Assembly (NCBI GenBank): GCA_965204535.1
Contig: CBDBEV010000001.1
Span: 2,048,001 to 2,112,000, forward strand
Source of the DNA: a bacterium
GTDB taxonomy: Bacteria > UBA8248
Length of the DNA: 64,000 nucleotides
Direction: 5' to 3'
In this document: one piece after another, positions 13,279 through 24,020 of the stretch
Layout of the letters: each line of letters starts with the position of its first letter
How positions within the stretch are numbered: the first letter of the stretch is position 1
Position numbers and translations under genes: made by a program
The notes under the pieces: generated by a model
The model's database searches: none
What the model was told of the DNA's origin: nothing
What the model saw: the letters and a program-made list of their open reading frames with translations, nothing else

Positions 13279-14529
13279 GTGGATATCTTCTCGGTCATCG
13301 TCATCGGCCTACTCCTGCTCCTGTCGGAAGCGTTGTTCTCGGGTGCGGAGATCGCTATCGTTTCCGCGGACCGCGCCCGTCTGCGCGCCAAGGCGGAAGG
13401 AGGGAACAGGGGTGCTTCGCTCGCCCTGGAGCTTCTGGAAAAACCCGAATGGCTCATGGGCACGATTCTCACCTGTCACAACGCGAGTTTCGTGACGAAC
13501 GTTTCCTTGGCCACAATCGCGTCCATCAATTTCGTCGGCCCGGCGTATGGGGAGGCGCTTTCGGTCGCCCTGGTGATCCCGCTGCTCGTGGTGTTCGGCG
13601 AAGTGGTTCCCAAGGGGTATTGCCAGGCCCGCGCCGATGTGCTCGCCCCTTTGCTGGCGCGCGTCGTCTGGGGCGCCAGGCTGATCGTATATCCCCTGGT
13701 CTGGCTCATCAGCGCGCTCATCGGTGCCGTTGTGGGGCTGCGAAAACGAAATGGGGAGAGCACTCCTTTCGTCACGCGGCAGGAACTCGAATCCCTCATG
13801 GAAGAGCAAAGCGATGGGGACGTGCAGGTTCTCGAACGCCAGATGATCGGCCGCATCTTCACGTTCGGTGAGTTGGACATGGAAAACGTGCTGGTACCCA
13901 TCGTGGACCTCTCCGCGGTGGAAGAAGAGAGCACGGTGGAGGAGGTAATTGAAAAAATCGAGGATGACGGCCACTCGAGGATTCTGATCTACAGGGAGAA
14001 CCTCCACCACATCGTCGGTGTCGTGCACGCGAGGGACATTATCGGACTGGGACCTGACGCCTCGGGACGCCTCAAGGATAAGGATGGTCTCATCCGAAGC
14101 GCCTATTTCGTGCCGGAGACGAAGCCGGCCGATAGTCTTCTTGATGAGTTGATGAGCCGAAAGGATAAAATGGCCGTGGTGGTGGATGAATACGGGGCCT
14201 GCACCGGCATCGTGACCATGGAGGATTTGGTGGAGGAGATCGTGGGCGACATCGCTGACGAGTATGACGTCGACGAAGTCCGCATGTTCCACAAGTTGGG
14301 TGAAGATCAATACATGGTCGATGCACGCATGGAGGTCGAGGATGTAAGAGAGGCGCTCGAGTTGCCCGTGCCCGATGGGGATTACGAGACGTTGTCGGGC
14401 TATCTCCTGGAGCGGTTCGAGCGCATCCCGAAAGAAGGGGAGCACTTGTCCCTGGAGGGTTGGACGCTCACCGTGCAATCGGCGAACGAGCGGCAGATAG
14501 AAACCGTTCGCCTGGAGCGTGATGCCTAG
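13279..14529 (+). CDS. CNNM/HlyC-CorC family membrane protein (second, tandem)
   Basis: FSGAEIAIVS, GEVVPK, VVDEYGACTGIVTMEDLVEEIVGDIADEYD. Confidence 0.92.
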   Translation: MDIFSVIVIGLLLLLSEALFSGAEIAIVSADRARLRAKAEGGNRGASLALELLEKPEWLMGTILTCHNASFVTNVSLATIASINFVGPAYGEALSVALVIPLLVVFGEVVPKGYCQARADVLAPLLARVVWGARLIVYPLVWLISALIGAVVGLRKRNGESTPFVTRQELESLMEEQSDGDVQVLERQMIGRIFTFGELDMENVLVPIVDLSAVEEESTVEEVIEKIEDDGHSRILIYRENLHHIVGVVHARDIIGLGPDASGRLKDKDGLIRSAYFVPETKPADSLLDELMSRKDKMAVVVDEYGACTGIVTMEDLVEEIVGDIADEYDVDEVRMFHKLGEDQYMVDARMEVEDVREALELPVPDGDYETLSGYLLERFERIPKEGEHLSLEGWTLTVQSANERQIETVRLERDA

Positions 14530-14600
14530 AAGTTAGTTTGCGGGTGAAACTCCAGCGCGTGCTCTTGGGTTGTCGCCCTGAAAACGACTGATTCAGCGAA

Positions 14601-15674
14601 TCAGTTCTCCTGAATGGCTTCGGGCGGTTCGACGCCCAGCCAGCCCCCAATCGTTTTGAGCGTGTCCCACTGGCTGGCTTCATAGGGGATTCCGTTTTTC
14701 TCCGCGTCCGCCTTTTTGCGCGCCTCGCGCTCTCCCGGAAGCAGCATCTCCACCCCTCCGCAGTTTTTGATGTCTCTCACCGCCTCGGCCAAGCGGTTCT
14801 TCGCATCCTCTATGGGGTAGAGCGCGTCCAGCCTCCAGGCCTCTATCGTCTGGGTGATGCGTGCATCGGGTTGGACGCGCAGCGTCGGAATATGCTCCGT
14901 CGCGCCGCCGCCGATGACGCCGTCCAGGTCCACCAGCACGGCGAGCCCGGAACCCTTGTAGCCGAACTGCGTTCCCCCCAGAGGCAGAACGGAGCCTTTG
15001 ATCAGCTCGTCATACGGTACGTGACCGGAAATGACCTCTCCGTTTTCATCGAGAAAATAATCGTCCGGAATCGCCTCTCCCGCGCGGCTGGCGCGGATGG
15101 CGGGACTGACGGCGCGCTGCGTCATGGCCGCGTCGATGACGATGGCCTCATTCCCCGCAGGCACCCCCCATGCGATGGGGTTCGTGCCCAGGCGAATCCT
15201 GTTCCCCCCGAAAGGCTTCATCCAGGCGCCGGAGGTGCATGTGGCGCGGCCGGCCAGACCCCGTTCGATGAGCGCCTCGACGTAGACGCACGCCGCCCCG
15301 AAGTGATTCGCGTTGTGCACATAGACTTTTCCGATGCCGTATTCTTCCGCCAGATCGCCTGAAAGGCGGGTCGCATCCATCGCCGCTGCCGGGCCGATGC
15401 CGGCTCGCGCGTCCATGGTGGCGATCGCCCAGTTTTCGTTTCGCTCGACGCCGGGGACGGCTTTCGGGTCGATGGCGTCTTTTTGAATGCGCTCGACGAG
15501 CTCGCGCAAGCCCGTCCCGCCCGCCACGCCGTGGCTCGATATTCCGCGCATATCCGCCGCTGCGAGGATTTCCGCCGTCACCTGGGCGCGCTCCTCGGGA
15601 GCTCCCAGGGCCATGATGATTTTCGTGGCGAAACGAACGAGCGCTTCTTCGGAAATTCGCTTCTTCTCGGTCAT
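14601..15674 (-). CDS. Ldh_2 family oxidoreductase (malate/L-sulfolactate dehydrogenase-like)
   Basis: ADMRGISSHG, NHFGAA, LGTNPIAWGVP, GYKGSGLA, PGERE. Confidence 0.9.
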   Translation of the reverse strand: MTEKKRISEEALVRFATKIIMALGAPEERAQVTAEILAAADMRGISSHGVAGGTGLRELVERIQKDAIDPKAVPGVERNENWAIATMDARAGIGPAAAMDATRLSGDLAEEYGIGKVYVHNANHFGAACVYVEALIERGLAGRATCTSGAWMKPFGGNRIRLGTNPIAWGVPAGNEAIVIDAAMTQRAVSPAIRASRAGEAIPDDYFLDENGEVISGHVPYDELIKGSVLPLGGTQFGYKGSGLAVLVDLDGVIGGGATEHIPTLRVQPDARITQTIEAWRLDALYPIEDAKNRLAEAVRDIKNCGGVEMLLPGEREARKKADAEKNGIPYEASQWDTLKTIGGWLGVEPPEAIQEN

Positions 15675-15686
15675 GTAGATGGATTC

Positions 15687-16409
15687 CTATGAGAGATCGG
15701 AATGTTGTGAATGATGTGCGGGGAACTCGACGATGAAGGATACGCCGCCCTCGGGAGGCGTCGTGATCTCCAGACGCCCGCCCAGCATGAGGGCCGTGAG
15801 ATGGCTTCGATAGAGGCTGATTCCGATTCCCCGGAGCGCGCCCGGATTTTCCAGATCCTTCGCCATCCAGTCGATGAACGAATCGAAAGAAAAAGGCGGG
15901 ATTTCGGCGTCGCGGTTGGTGGTCGATAAAACGATTCGATCGTTTTCCCCCCTGAGAAGCGCGTAAATAATGCCGCCCTCAGGAGCGATGTGAATGGCCG
16001 CATCCAGCAGATCGTCAATGAGAAAGATGAACCTTGCCCTGTCGCCGTATATATCGAGCCGCGACGGCATCTCAGGCAAAAACCGAAAAGAAGGGAAACT
16101 CCAGAGCCGCTTGCCGATGCGTTCGCTGAAAAGATGCGCGAGATTTATGTCGGTGTTTTCCAGGTTTGCGTGGCGCGTTTCGATGTCGGCGGCGTCGGAG
16201 AGCGTTTCGATGAGGCGGCTCAAGCGATAGATGTTTTCGGATAAATCCCGAATTTCCTCTCGCGCCTTCCAGGGGTCTGACTCCTCCCCCAGTTCGAGAA
16301 ATTTTTCTTTGAGGTGAGATACGGGTGCCTGGAGTTCGCGAGCTGCGAGACGCAAAAACAGAGTGGCGAACTGCTCGTCTGAAGGCTGTTTCTCCCCGTT
16401 GTCTTTCAT
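15687..16409 (-). CDS. Degenerate histidine-kinase-like protein (HisKA/HATPase fold, catalytic residues missing)
   Basis: HK layout (ARELQAPV, RLSRLIETLSD, GDRARF, GIGISL, LGGRLEI...GGVSFIVEFP) without the canonical His, Asn or DxGxG. Confidence 0.65.
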   Translation of the reverse strand: MKDNGEKQPSDEQFATLFLRLAARELQAPVSHLKEKFLELGEESDPWKAREEIRDLSENIYRLSRLIETLSDAADIETRHANLENTDINLAHLFSERIGKRLWSFPSFRFLPEMPSRLDIYGDRARFIFLIDDLLDAAIHIAPEGGIIYALLRGENDRIVLSTTNRDAEIPPFSFDSFIDWMAKDLENPGALRGIGISLYRSHLTALMLGGRLEITTPPEGGVSFIVEFPAHHSQHSDLS

Positions 16410-16870
16410 ATGCTTTCCCGGCTATTCCGGTGCGACAACAGGTTGAGCGTGGCGACCGATTCCAGTATGAATTCCGCCGTTCCGCTCGTCATCGGACTCA
16501 AAGAAGACACTTCGCTCAACGGAACCCACGTGGCTTCCGAAATATCGCTCGCCGCCTGAAGCACGCCTCCGGTGGGTCGGCATACGAAATCGATGAGCAC
16601 GTAATGGAACTGCACCCGCCCCCATTCGTCCCGGGTGACGCGGTTCAAAACTCTTCCCTCGGAGAGAATCTCCACGTCCAGGCCGGTCTCTTCCCTGACC
16701 TCTCGCATACAGGCTTGCTCCAGGTCTTCACCCAAGTGAACGCCGCCGCCCGGAATGCTCCAGGCGCCCATTTTGGGAGGCTGCCCCCGGCGGACGATGA
16801 GGACGTTTTCGTTCTCGATGATGATGGCCCCTACGCCGACAATCGGGCGAAGCGGATATTCACGACCCAA
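16406..16870 (-). CDS. NUDIX hydrolase
   Basis: Nudix box GGGVHLGEDLEQACMREVREETG; start uncertain (TTG at 16870). Confidence 0.88.
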   Translation of the reverse strand: MGREYPLRPIVGVGAIIIENENVLIVRRGQPPKMGAWSIPGGGVHLGEDLEQACMREVREETGLDVEILSEGRVLNRVTRDEWGRVQFHYVLIDFVCRPTGGVLQAASDISEATWVPLSEVSSLSPMTSGTAEFILESVATLNLLSHRNSRESI

Positions 16871-17181
16871 CCCTTCGGCTCCCAAATTGAAAGAGAAAAG
16901 AAAAACACACAGTTTTTTGGATTGTAACGGTTTTATCTGGCTTATCGACTCCAAGATAGCATGTTTTACGTCCCAAGGGTTATGGCGAGTCGCTCGGATT
17001 ACTGAAGATGGGGATATTCGTCTTTATTCATTCCGTTGACACGCCGGGGTGGGGGCCGTATCATTTTTTCGGTTTTTGAAGCCTGCCCTTTGTAGCTTCC
17101 CTGAATCGAGGGCGCTTTCATCCCCCCATCAGCCAAGAGGTATGCGTGGCGAGCAGGGACGTCCGCGCCGGGGAGTCGCGT

Positions 17182-18024
17182 ATGCCGCCCGAAGTCGTCT
17201 TCGCGCTCATGTCGTTGTGTTTTCTCGGCGTCAATGACTTTCTCTACAAGTGGGGCCAGCAGTGGGATATGCGCAGCGGGCCCTTCATGTTCCTGCAAAA
17301 CATGGCGTATCTGCCCAACGCGTTCGGCCTGGCCTGGTATCGTGAGGAGTTGCTTTGGAATCCGGGCCTCGCTTTTGGATTCATCAACGGAATTCTGGCG
17401 TTCACCGCGTTTTTATTTGTCTTGCTTGCCCTGCGGCGGGGCGAGGCGGTGGCGCTCGTGCCGATCGTCCGCCTGAACTTCGCGGTAACGGCCGCCCTCA
17501 CGATTTTCTTTTTGGGTGAGAACGTAAACCTCATCAAGGGTCTCGCCCTGGTTCTGGCGGCCCTCGCTGTGACGGCGGGTGGCAGCGTCGCGGCGGCGTC
17601 CGTCGGGGATAAGCGCTCCGTCGGCCTGGCGATCGGCGCCATGTGCATGTTCGGCGTCATCGGACTGTTCTACAAACTGGGACTCGGGATGGGAGCCAAA
17701 CCCGCCATGATGACGGCCATGCAGAGCGTGGGCGTCTTCTGTATGGCCGTGCCCTTCGCGCTCATTCAAAAAGACCCGTTGCCCAGGCGCGGCGTGCCGC
17801 TCTGGCTCCCCTTCGTGTGCGGGGTGCTCACCTCATCGAGTTATGTGGCCATCGCCGTGGGGTTCACCTACGGCGAGGCGGTCGTCGTGGCACCCATCGC
17901 CCAGTTGAGTTTCGTATTGACCGGGGTGCTCGCCATCATCTTCTTGAAGGAGAAGCTGACGCTCAGAAAAGGTGTGGGAGTCATATTCGCCGCGGCGTCC
18001 GTGATTCTGTTTTCCAGAGGGTAA
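17182..18024 (+). CDS. EamA/DMT family transporter
   Basis: About 10 hydrophobic segments in two repeats; FFLGE and FLKEKL motifs. Confidence 0.85.
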   Translation: MPPEVVFALMSLCFLGVNDFLYKWGQQWDMRSGPFMFLQNMAYLPNAFGLAWYREELLWNPGLAFGFINGILAFTAFLFVLLALRRGEAVALVPIVRLNFAVTAALTIFFLGENVNLIKGLALVLAALAVTAGGSVAAASVGDKRSVGLAIGAMCMFGVIGLFYKLGLGMGAKPAMMTAMQSVGVFCMAVPFALIQKDPLPRRGVPLWLPFVCGVLTSSSYVAIAVGFTYGEAVVVAPIAQLSFVLTGVLAIIFLKEKLTLRKGVGVIFAAASVILFSRG

Positions 18025-18027
18025 CTG

Positions 18028-19206
18028 TTACAGCACTTCATCGTTACGAAGGCGCTCGATTTCGGGGGGCGGCATTCCCAGCCATTCGCCGAGTATTTTT
18101 TCGGTGTGTTCCCCCAGGGCAGGTCCCGTCCAGGCGATGTCGAGGGGTGTCTCCGACATTCTCGGAAAAGCGCCCTGCATGGGCACGGAGCCGAAATCCG
18201 CGTCCGGTACGTGGCGCACCAGGTTTCTCGCCTGAAAATGGGGGTCTGAGAGGATGTCTTCGATGTCGTAAACGGGGCTCGCCGTGACGCCACCCGCGTT
18301 GAATCTGTCCATATTTTCGTCGCAGCTATGTTTTCCTATGGCGTCGGCCACGATTTTGTCGAGCGCCTCCTGGTTCACGACGCGCGTCTCGTTGTTCATG
18401 AACCGCTCGTCGGTGATGATGTCTTCACGCCCCAGGGCGCGGGCGAGGCGCTCGTACATCGGCTGGGTGGAAGCGGAAATCGCGATCCACTTCCCGTCGG
18501 TTGTGGGATAAATGTTTCTGGGCGCCGAGTTTTCGGATCGGTTGCCCAGGCGCGGGCGCTTTTCCCCGTCAATGAGATAGCGGGCCGCCTGTGGGCCCAG
18601 AATCGTGAAAAGCGGCTCGTAAAGCGCCAGATCGATCACCTGCCCCTTGCCGCCCCCCAGGGCGTCGCGGTGGTAGAGCGCGAACATAGTGGAGGCGACG
18701 CCCTGGAGCGCGGCCGTCATGTCGGCGAGGGGCTGGGGAGGCGCCAGTGGTGGGGAGTCGGGAAATCCGTTCATGTCGGCGAAGCCGGACATCGCCTCCA
18801 CCAAAGTGCCGAAGCCCGGCCTGTCGCGGTAAGGGCCGTCCTGCCCCCATCCGGATATCCGGACGACGATGAGTCTCGGGTTCACTTCCCATAGCTCATC
18901 CGGCCCGAGCCCCCAGGATTCGAGTTTGCCGGCGAAAAAATTCTCGGCGAGAACGTCCGCATGAGCCGCCAGCTTTCGGATGAGGTCTTGCCCTCGCGAT
19001 GTGGCGAGGTTCACCGTGATGGATCGCTTTCCGCGGCCGTAGACCTTCCACCAATATGGATTCCAGGCTCGCAGCGTATCGCCGTGGCCCGGGGCTTCGA
19101 CCTTGACCACATCGGCGCCGGCGTCGGCCAGCAGCATGCCGTACATCCCGCCCGATACGAGGCGGGTCAGGTCCAATACTTTGACGCCCTCAAGGGGTCT
19201 GCTCAC
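18028..19206 (-). CDS. CoA-transferase family III (CaiB/BaiF)
   Basis: PLEGVKVLDLT, GADVVKVEAPG, ISGWGQDGPY, PALGEHT; GTG start with AGGAG SD. Confidence 0.93.
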   Translation of the reverse strand: MSRPLEGVKVLDLTRLVSGGMYGMLLADAGADVVKVEAPGHGDTLRAWNPYWWKVYGRGKRSITVNLATSRGQDLIRKLAAHADVLAENFFAGKLESWGLGPDELWEVNPRLIVVRISGWGQDGPYRDRPGFGTLVEAMSGFADMNGFPDSPPLAPPQPLADMTAALQGVASTMFALYHRDALGGGKGQVIDLALYEPLFTILGPQAARYLIDGEKRPRLGNRSENSAPRNIYPTTDGKWIAISASTQPMYERLARALGREDIITDERFMNNETRVVNQEALDKIVADAIGKHSCDENMDRFNAGGVTASPVYDIEDILSDPHFQARNLVRHVPDADFGSVPMQGAFPRMSETPLDIAWTGPALGEHTEKILGEWLGMPPPEIERLRNDEVL

Positions 19207-19259
19207 GGCTTTTTCTCCTGCCCGTTCAAATGAGTAGCCTTCATCTACTACTAACAGAA

Positions 19260-19988
19260 TCAATCTTTCAACGTGATCCACAAGGCGGCGTGATCGCTCG
19301 GCGGCCTCGGATTACCCGGCGGCCAATCGATGCGCGCGTCAAGCAGCCTGCCTTGCGCGCGGCGATTGATGAACGCGTGATCCAGCCGGAAGCTCCCTCC
19401 ACCGCCGGGCGCACGCCATGTATAGGCGCGTTTTTGACCGTGGACGCTGCGGTACGCATCCGCCCAGCCCGTTTTCGACATGGTGGTCATGAAATCGTCT
19501 TCGCGCCTGTTGAAGCATTTCACGCTTTCATCCTCGCCGATTCGCCCGGTGTTGAAATCACCCGCCACGATGGCGCCGCCACCGCGCCAGCGAAGCGCCA
19601 AATCCCGAATCGCATCCAGGAAGGGATATTTTTTTCCGCTGACTCGATTAAGTACGTGTACGGCGGCGATGGTGACGGGCGCGGGCGCGCGAACGTGTGC
19701 GAGGAGGCGGCGCTCTTCCGGTTGGGGCGGCCTTTTCCAGTGAATACGCTTGAGCGGCCAGCGCGAGGCGAGGAGAAGAGCGTTTTTAGGCGGTTGGCTT
19801 TTGGACGCCGTGCTCAGTTGGTGGGGCAACCCCAGTTCCCCGATGCGGGAGGCGATCTCCCGGCTGGGCGGGGTGCCACGAAACTCCGTCAGAATGACGA
19901 TACCGGGACTTCCACTACGGATGTACTCTGCGATGGCGGGTACCCGGCGACCGCCGCCGTGCATGATGTTCCAGATGAGAATTTTCAT
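19260..19988 (-). CDS. Endonuclease/exonuclease/phosphatase (ExoIII-like) family protein
   Basis: MKILIWNI, LTE, AGDFN, RLDHAF, SDHA motifs; the longer ORF-track N-terminus overlaps LOG. Confidence 0.85.
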   Translation of the reverse strand: MKILIWNIMHGGGRRVPAIAEYIRSGSPGIVILTEFRGTPPSREIASRIGELGLPHQLSTASKSQPPKNALLLASRWPLKRIHWKRPPQPEERRLLAHVRAPAPVTIAAVHVLNRVSGKKYPFLDAIRDLALRWRGGGAIVAGDFNTGRIGEDESVKCFNRREDDFMTTMSKTGWADAYRSVHGQKRAYTWRAPGGGGSFRLDHAFINRRAQGRLLDARIDWPPGNPRPPSDHAALWITLKD

Positions 19989-20112
19989 GGCGAAGGGAGT
20001 GTAGCGGTAGTAATATGTCTGACGCCAATGGAGGTAGCGTGTCTCCATGAAAAATGAAAGCCGGAAGATGTCGAGCCCCGCCTGGGCGCCGACCCGGCGG
20101 GGAGGAATTTTT

Positions 20113-20655
20113 TTGAAACGGATATGTGTTTTCGCAGGATCATCGAAAGGGGTACGAACCGAATACCAGGAAGCGGCGCGAACCTTGGGCCATACTTTGG
20201 GCGCGCGTGGAATCGGCGTGGTGTATGGCGCAGGGGGTATCGGACTCATGGGCGTTCTGGCCGACGCCGTGCTCGAGAACGGAGGCGAGATCACCGGCGT
20301 GATTCCCGATAGGTTGATGGACATGGAAGTCGCCCATGAGGGGATCACCGAACTTCGCGTCGTACGCACGATGCACGAGAGAAAAGCGTTGATGGCGGAA
20401 CTGTCCGATGGCTTCGTCGCGCTGCCGGGCGGACTCGGCACGCTCGAGGAGACCATGGAGATGCTCACATGGCTTCAACTCGGGTACCACGACAAGCCCG
20501 TCGGCCTGCTCAACATTCGCGGCTATTATGATCCTTTGCTGGCGTTTTTTCGCCACATGAACGAAGAAGGTTTCATCTCGGAGAAAATCCTGCATTCCTT
20601 CACGGTCGACGACACGCCCGAGGGACTGATGCGGCGGATGCTTACTCCCAGGTAA
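20113..20655 (+). CDS. LOG family nucleotide phosphoribohydrolase
   Basis: ICVFAGSS, GLMG, MHERK, PGGLGTLEE. Confidence 0.93.
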   Translation: MKRICVFAGSSKGVRTEYQEAARTLGHTLGARGIGVVYGAGGIGLMGVLADAVLENGGEITGVIPDRLMDMEVAHEGITELRVVRTMHERKALMAELSDGFVALPGGLGTLEETMEMLTWLQLGYHDKPVGLLNIRGYYDPLLAFFRHMNEEGFISEKILHSFTVDDTPEGLMRRMLTPR

Positions 20656-21316
20656 GCGCGGCGAGGTAGCCCATACCCTCATCCAGCGCTACTTTTGCCT
20701 CGATTCCCTGCGCTTGTTTATGCGCCTGGATGGTTTTGAGGTGGGCGTATCCCTCCCAGAGCACATGGCGAAAAGTCCACTCCAGGTTGTAGTGGAAGAC
20801 GTTGTCTTTTTTCTCGTCTCGCCAAAAGCCATCGGGGTGGATTTTGAGCACCACGTTTTCAATCCAGTCGATATACCGATCGCCGGAGGGCCATTCGTAG
20901 TTTCGAGGAACTTCTCTGATTTTGGTTTTTTCCCGTAGTGATTCTCTGGTTTCGTTTTTCAGAATGTCCAACGCCAATCGGCAGCCGTCTTCATAAGCTG
21001 CGAGCAAATCGCCAATCTCATGAAATCTTTCGGGATCGAGGAGACGATCCGCACCACCCGTGTCGTATAGAGATTTCGGCCTCGGCAAGTCTTCTCCGAA
21101 CAAGGATTTTCCCCAGACCTGCAAGAACCACCTGTAATTCACATAACCCATGTGGCTGACCTGCTCGCGGATCGACCACATGCCCCAGCTTTTCCCGGGT
21201 TGTTTTTTATCGAGTTGCTCCCCGGTGAGACCCTCCACCTCACGGGTGTACATCTCGGGCAGCAGGGCGTATTCGGGGAAAATTTCCGCAGCGGGTCTTG
21301 AAGCATCTAGAGACAT
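20642..21316 (-). CDS. DinB/YfiT-like protein
   Basis: WSIREQVSH and C-terminal HVLWEGYAHLKTI. Confidence 0.65.
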   Translation of the reverse strand: MSLDASRPAAEIFPEYALLPEMYTREVEGLTGEQLDKKQPGKSWGMWSIREQVSHMGYVNYRWFLQVWGKSLFGEDLPRPKSLYDTGGADRLLDPERFHEIGDLLAAYEDGCRLALDILKNETRESLREKTKIREVPRNYEWPSGDRYIDWIENVVLKIHPDGFWRDEKKDNVFHYNLEWTFRHVLWEGYAHLKTIQAHKQAQGIEAKVALDEGMGYLAALTWE

Positions 21317-21462
21317 GGTGAATATCCTCAAATGGGAACGGAGTTGAAAATATATCATGCGGCATTCGGTTCTGCTTGGGCCTGCTGATTTCAGTCGGAG
21401 ACTTCTCGTGCCATAATGAAAATCTATCGCTTCGATACATCCCTCTGTCGCTTGGATAGCCT

Positions 21463-22347
21463 TTGATCGAGTCACTCCCTCCGGTTTTTTTGTCTTTTTT
21501 GTCCGCTGTCTTTTTGGCAGTCACGCATACAATTTATCGAGGCGCTCTTCAGTGGATAGGGCCGAAGGCTATCACCTTTGTGACCAATTTAACGCTGGTA
21601 ACTTACGCTTCGACCATATACATACTGGGTGCGGGTCTCGAAAAATGGCCTCTGGTGGGGATTTTCTGGTTCGTGCTGGCGGGGCTTTGCTCTCATTTCC
21701 TGTCGAGAAACCTGAACTTCATCTCGGCCACCCTCATCGGAATGGCGCGCTCCCAGATTTTTCTGCAGGTCCATCCCATATGGAGCGCTTTGCTGGCCAT
21801 GCTCCTTTTCGGCGAGACGATTAATTTCCCGATCGCCCTGGGTACTTTCGCCATCGTGTTGGGCGCGATACTCCTTGTGCAGGAGAGAGGGGCAGGCGGC
21901 AAACGAGCGCCCTTTTTATATTATCTCCTTCCGATTCTCGCGGCCTTTTTCTTCTCCTTCGCCCCGCCCTTGCGAAAGCTCGCTTTTCAGACGATTCCCT
22001 CACCCGCTTTCGGCATCGCCACCACGGCGTTCACGGGTGCGCTTCTCCAACTCGGTTCCATCCCTTTTGTGGAAAATCATGAACTCAACCCCAGGACCTG
22101 GAATCAAAAGAGCCTATGCCTGGTTCTTATCGGAGGGGTTTTCAACATCATATCGGCGTACTGCTTTTGGCTCGCCATCAAGAACGGAAAGCTCATTGAG
22201 GTGATCCCGATAAACCGGCTCTCCATTTTATTCTTGATCTTGTTTTCCTGGGTTTTTTATCAAAGGCTTGAGCGCATCAATTTGCGCGTGATCGCCGGAG
22301 GGGTGCTTGCCGTGGAGGGCGCCGTGCTGATCCTATTGGGCAGGTAG
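21463..22347 (+). CDS. EamA/DMT family transporter
   Basis: Multi-TM two-repeat protein, LLFGE motif. Confidence 0.82.
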   Translation: MIESLPPVFLSFLSAVFLAVTHTIYRGALQWIGPKAITFVTNLTLVTYASTIYILGAGLEKWPLVGIFWFVLAGLCSHFLSRNLNFISATLIGMARSQIFLQVHPIWSALLAMLLFGETINFPIALGTFAIVLGAILLVQERGAGGKRAPFLYYLLPILAAFFFSFAPPLRKLAFQTIPSPAFGIATTAFTGALLQLGSIPFVENHELNPRTWNQKSLCLVLIGGVFNIISAYCFWLAIKNGKLIEVIPINRLSILFLILFSWVFYQRLERINLRVIAGGVLAVEGAVLILLGR

Positions 22348-22497
22348 GTGCTCATACGCCCGGCACTGGATCGCCATTTATTTGAAAAAGGCGAGGGATG
22401 ACACTGTGCATGTCTATCGATTCATTCGCTTGTGTGATGGATTTAGTCGTCCTCATAGAGTCTTTTTCCCGGGCGCTTTTCGGGTTGGGTTTTCGAC

Positions 22498-23379
22498 ATG
22501 TTGAATTTTATCGTAGACGCACCGCCGGAGTTTCGTGCTTTACTGGGCGCCTTTTTGTTCGCGTGTAATCAAATTCTCGTTCGCAGATTGCTCGAGCGGG
22601 CTTCGGCGCTCACGATCATCTTTTGGGTGAATGGATGGATGGCGGTTATCGCCGTCGTTTTCTCGCCATCGTTCGATATTTATGAAGGCGATTGGGTGGT
22701 GGCTCTTATCTTGTATCTCATCACCGGCTTGGTGGGGAATCTCGTAGCCCGCTACAGTGCCCTTCGCTCGAGCGAGTACGTCGGGGTGAGCAGGACGAAC
22801 GCGCTCGTGGCGGCGACTCCCATCGGTTCGGCGTTGATGGGCGTGGTGATTCTGGGCGAGCGCCCGGACGCCGGCGTCTGGTTGGGTATCATGCTCATCG
22901 TCATCGGGATGATCGGGCTCACCGGTGAGCGGGGAGAAGGGGGGTATTCGTTGAAGCGTTACACTTTCGCCTTCATCGCGATGGCGGCGTTCAGCGTCAC
23001 GCCCTATCTCCGAAAAGCCGGACTGGCCGCCATGAATGCGCCCTGGCTGGGAATTCTGGTGGCCACGCTGATAGCCAACGTGGGTTTGTTGGCTTCCTCG
23101 TCCTTCGCCTCGAAAGCCCAGAAATTTCAGTGGAACATGCAGATCGCGGTAGCTTGCATTCCGGCAGGCATGTTTGCGATCTTCTCCGCCGTGCTGTTCT
23201 GGACCTCGCTGCGCGACGGGCAACTCGCGGTGATTTCCCCGCTCGTTCGTATGACCCCCATATTCGTTCTTTTGCTCTCGGTGGTGCTGCTGCGCGACCT
23301 GGAAGTCATCACGAAACGCTTGGTGGTGGGAACGCTCATCGTCGTGGCGGGGGCCGTTTTGGTGACCTCGGGCGGTTAA
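22498..23379 (+). CDS. EamA/DMT family transporter
   Basis: Multi-TM, ILGE motif, similar in layout to the upstream gene. Confidence 0.85.
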   Translation: MLNFIVDAPPEFRALLGAFLFACNQILVRRLLERASALTIIFWVNGWMAVIAVVFSPSFDIYEGDWVVALILYLITGLVGNLVARYSALRSSEYVGVSRTNALVAATPIGSALMGVVILGERPDAGVWLGIMLIVIGMIGLTGERGEGGYSLKRYTFAFIAMAAFSVTPYLRKAGLAAMNAPWLGILVATLIANVGLLASSSFASKAQKFQWNMQIAVACIPAGMFAIFSAVLFWTSLRDGQLAVISPLVRMTPIFVLLLSVVLLRDLEVITKRLVVGTLIVVAGAVLVTSGG

Positions 23380-23538
23380 TTCTTTATGCGCGCGCCCGAA
23401 AATCGGGATTTTGGTTTGACCGGGGTCGTTTGTCTCTGCGAGAATGAATAAGTCTTCATCAATTCAAATAAGTGTTTTCCGTATCAGGATTCATGAGATG
23501 AGATACGGGAAACCCTACCAGAAAATCGTGGGGGCGCG

Positions 23539-24018
23539 ATGAAAATACTCAAGATCATTCCCGAAAAATGTACGGGCTGTATGCGGTGCGAACTCGCTTG
23601 CTCATACGAGCAGACGGGGACGTTTCAGCCCTCGAAAGCGGTAATCCGGGTTTCTGCTTTCGAAGGTCATACGAGCTATGCGCCTTATACCTGTCCGCAG
23701 TGTGACGAGGCATGGTGCCTGACGGCGTGTCCGGTCGAGGCGATCGGCATCTCGCCGGCCGGGGCGAAAGACGTGGCGGATGACATTTGCGTGGGCTGCA
23801 AGCTCTGCACCATCGCGTGTCCCTATGGAACGATGTTCTACGACATCGATACCCACAAGGCGTTTAAGTGCGACTTGTGCGGTGGGAACCCCGCGTGCGC
23901 GTCCGTATGCCCTACCGACGCGATCGTTTTTGAGGAGGCCGATAAGACCGACTGGGTCGGGCCCTTTGCCGCGGAGCGGGCGAAATCACCCGCCGGTCCG
24001 CTTGCGGGGGTGCTCTGA
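23539..24018 (+). CDS. 4Fe-4S dicluster protein (AOR electron-transfer subunit)
   Basis: Four Cys motifs: CTGCMRCELAC, CPQCDEAWCLTACP, CVGCKLCTIACP, CDLC..CASVCP. Confidence 0.93.
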   Translation: MKILKIIPEKCTGCMRCELACSYEQTGTFQPSKAVIRVSAFEGHTSYAPYTCPQCDEAWCLTACPVEAIGISPAGAKDVADDICVGCKLCTIACPYGTMFYDIDTHKAFKCDLCGGNPACASVCPTDAIVFEEADKTDWVGPFAAERAKSPAGPLAGVL

Positions 24019-24020
24019 TT

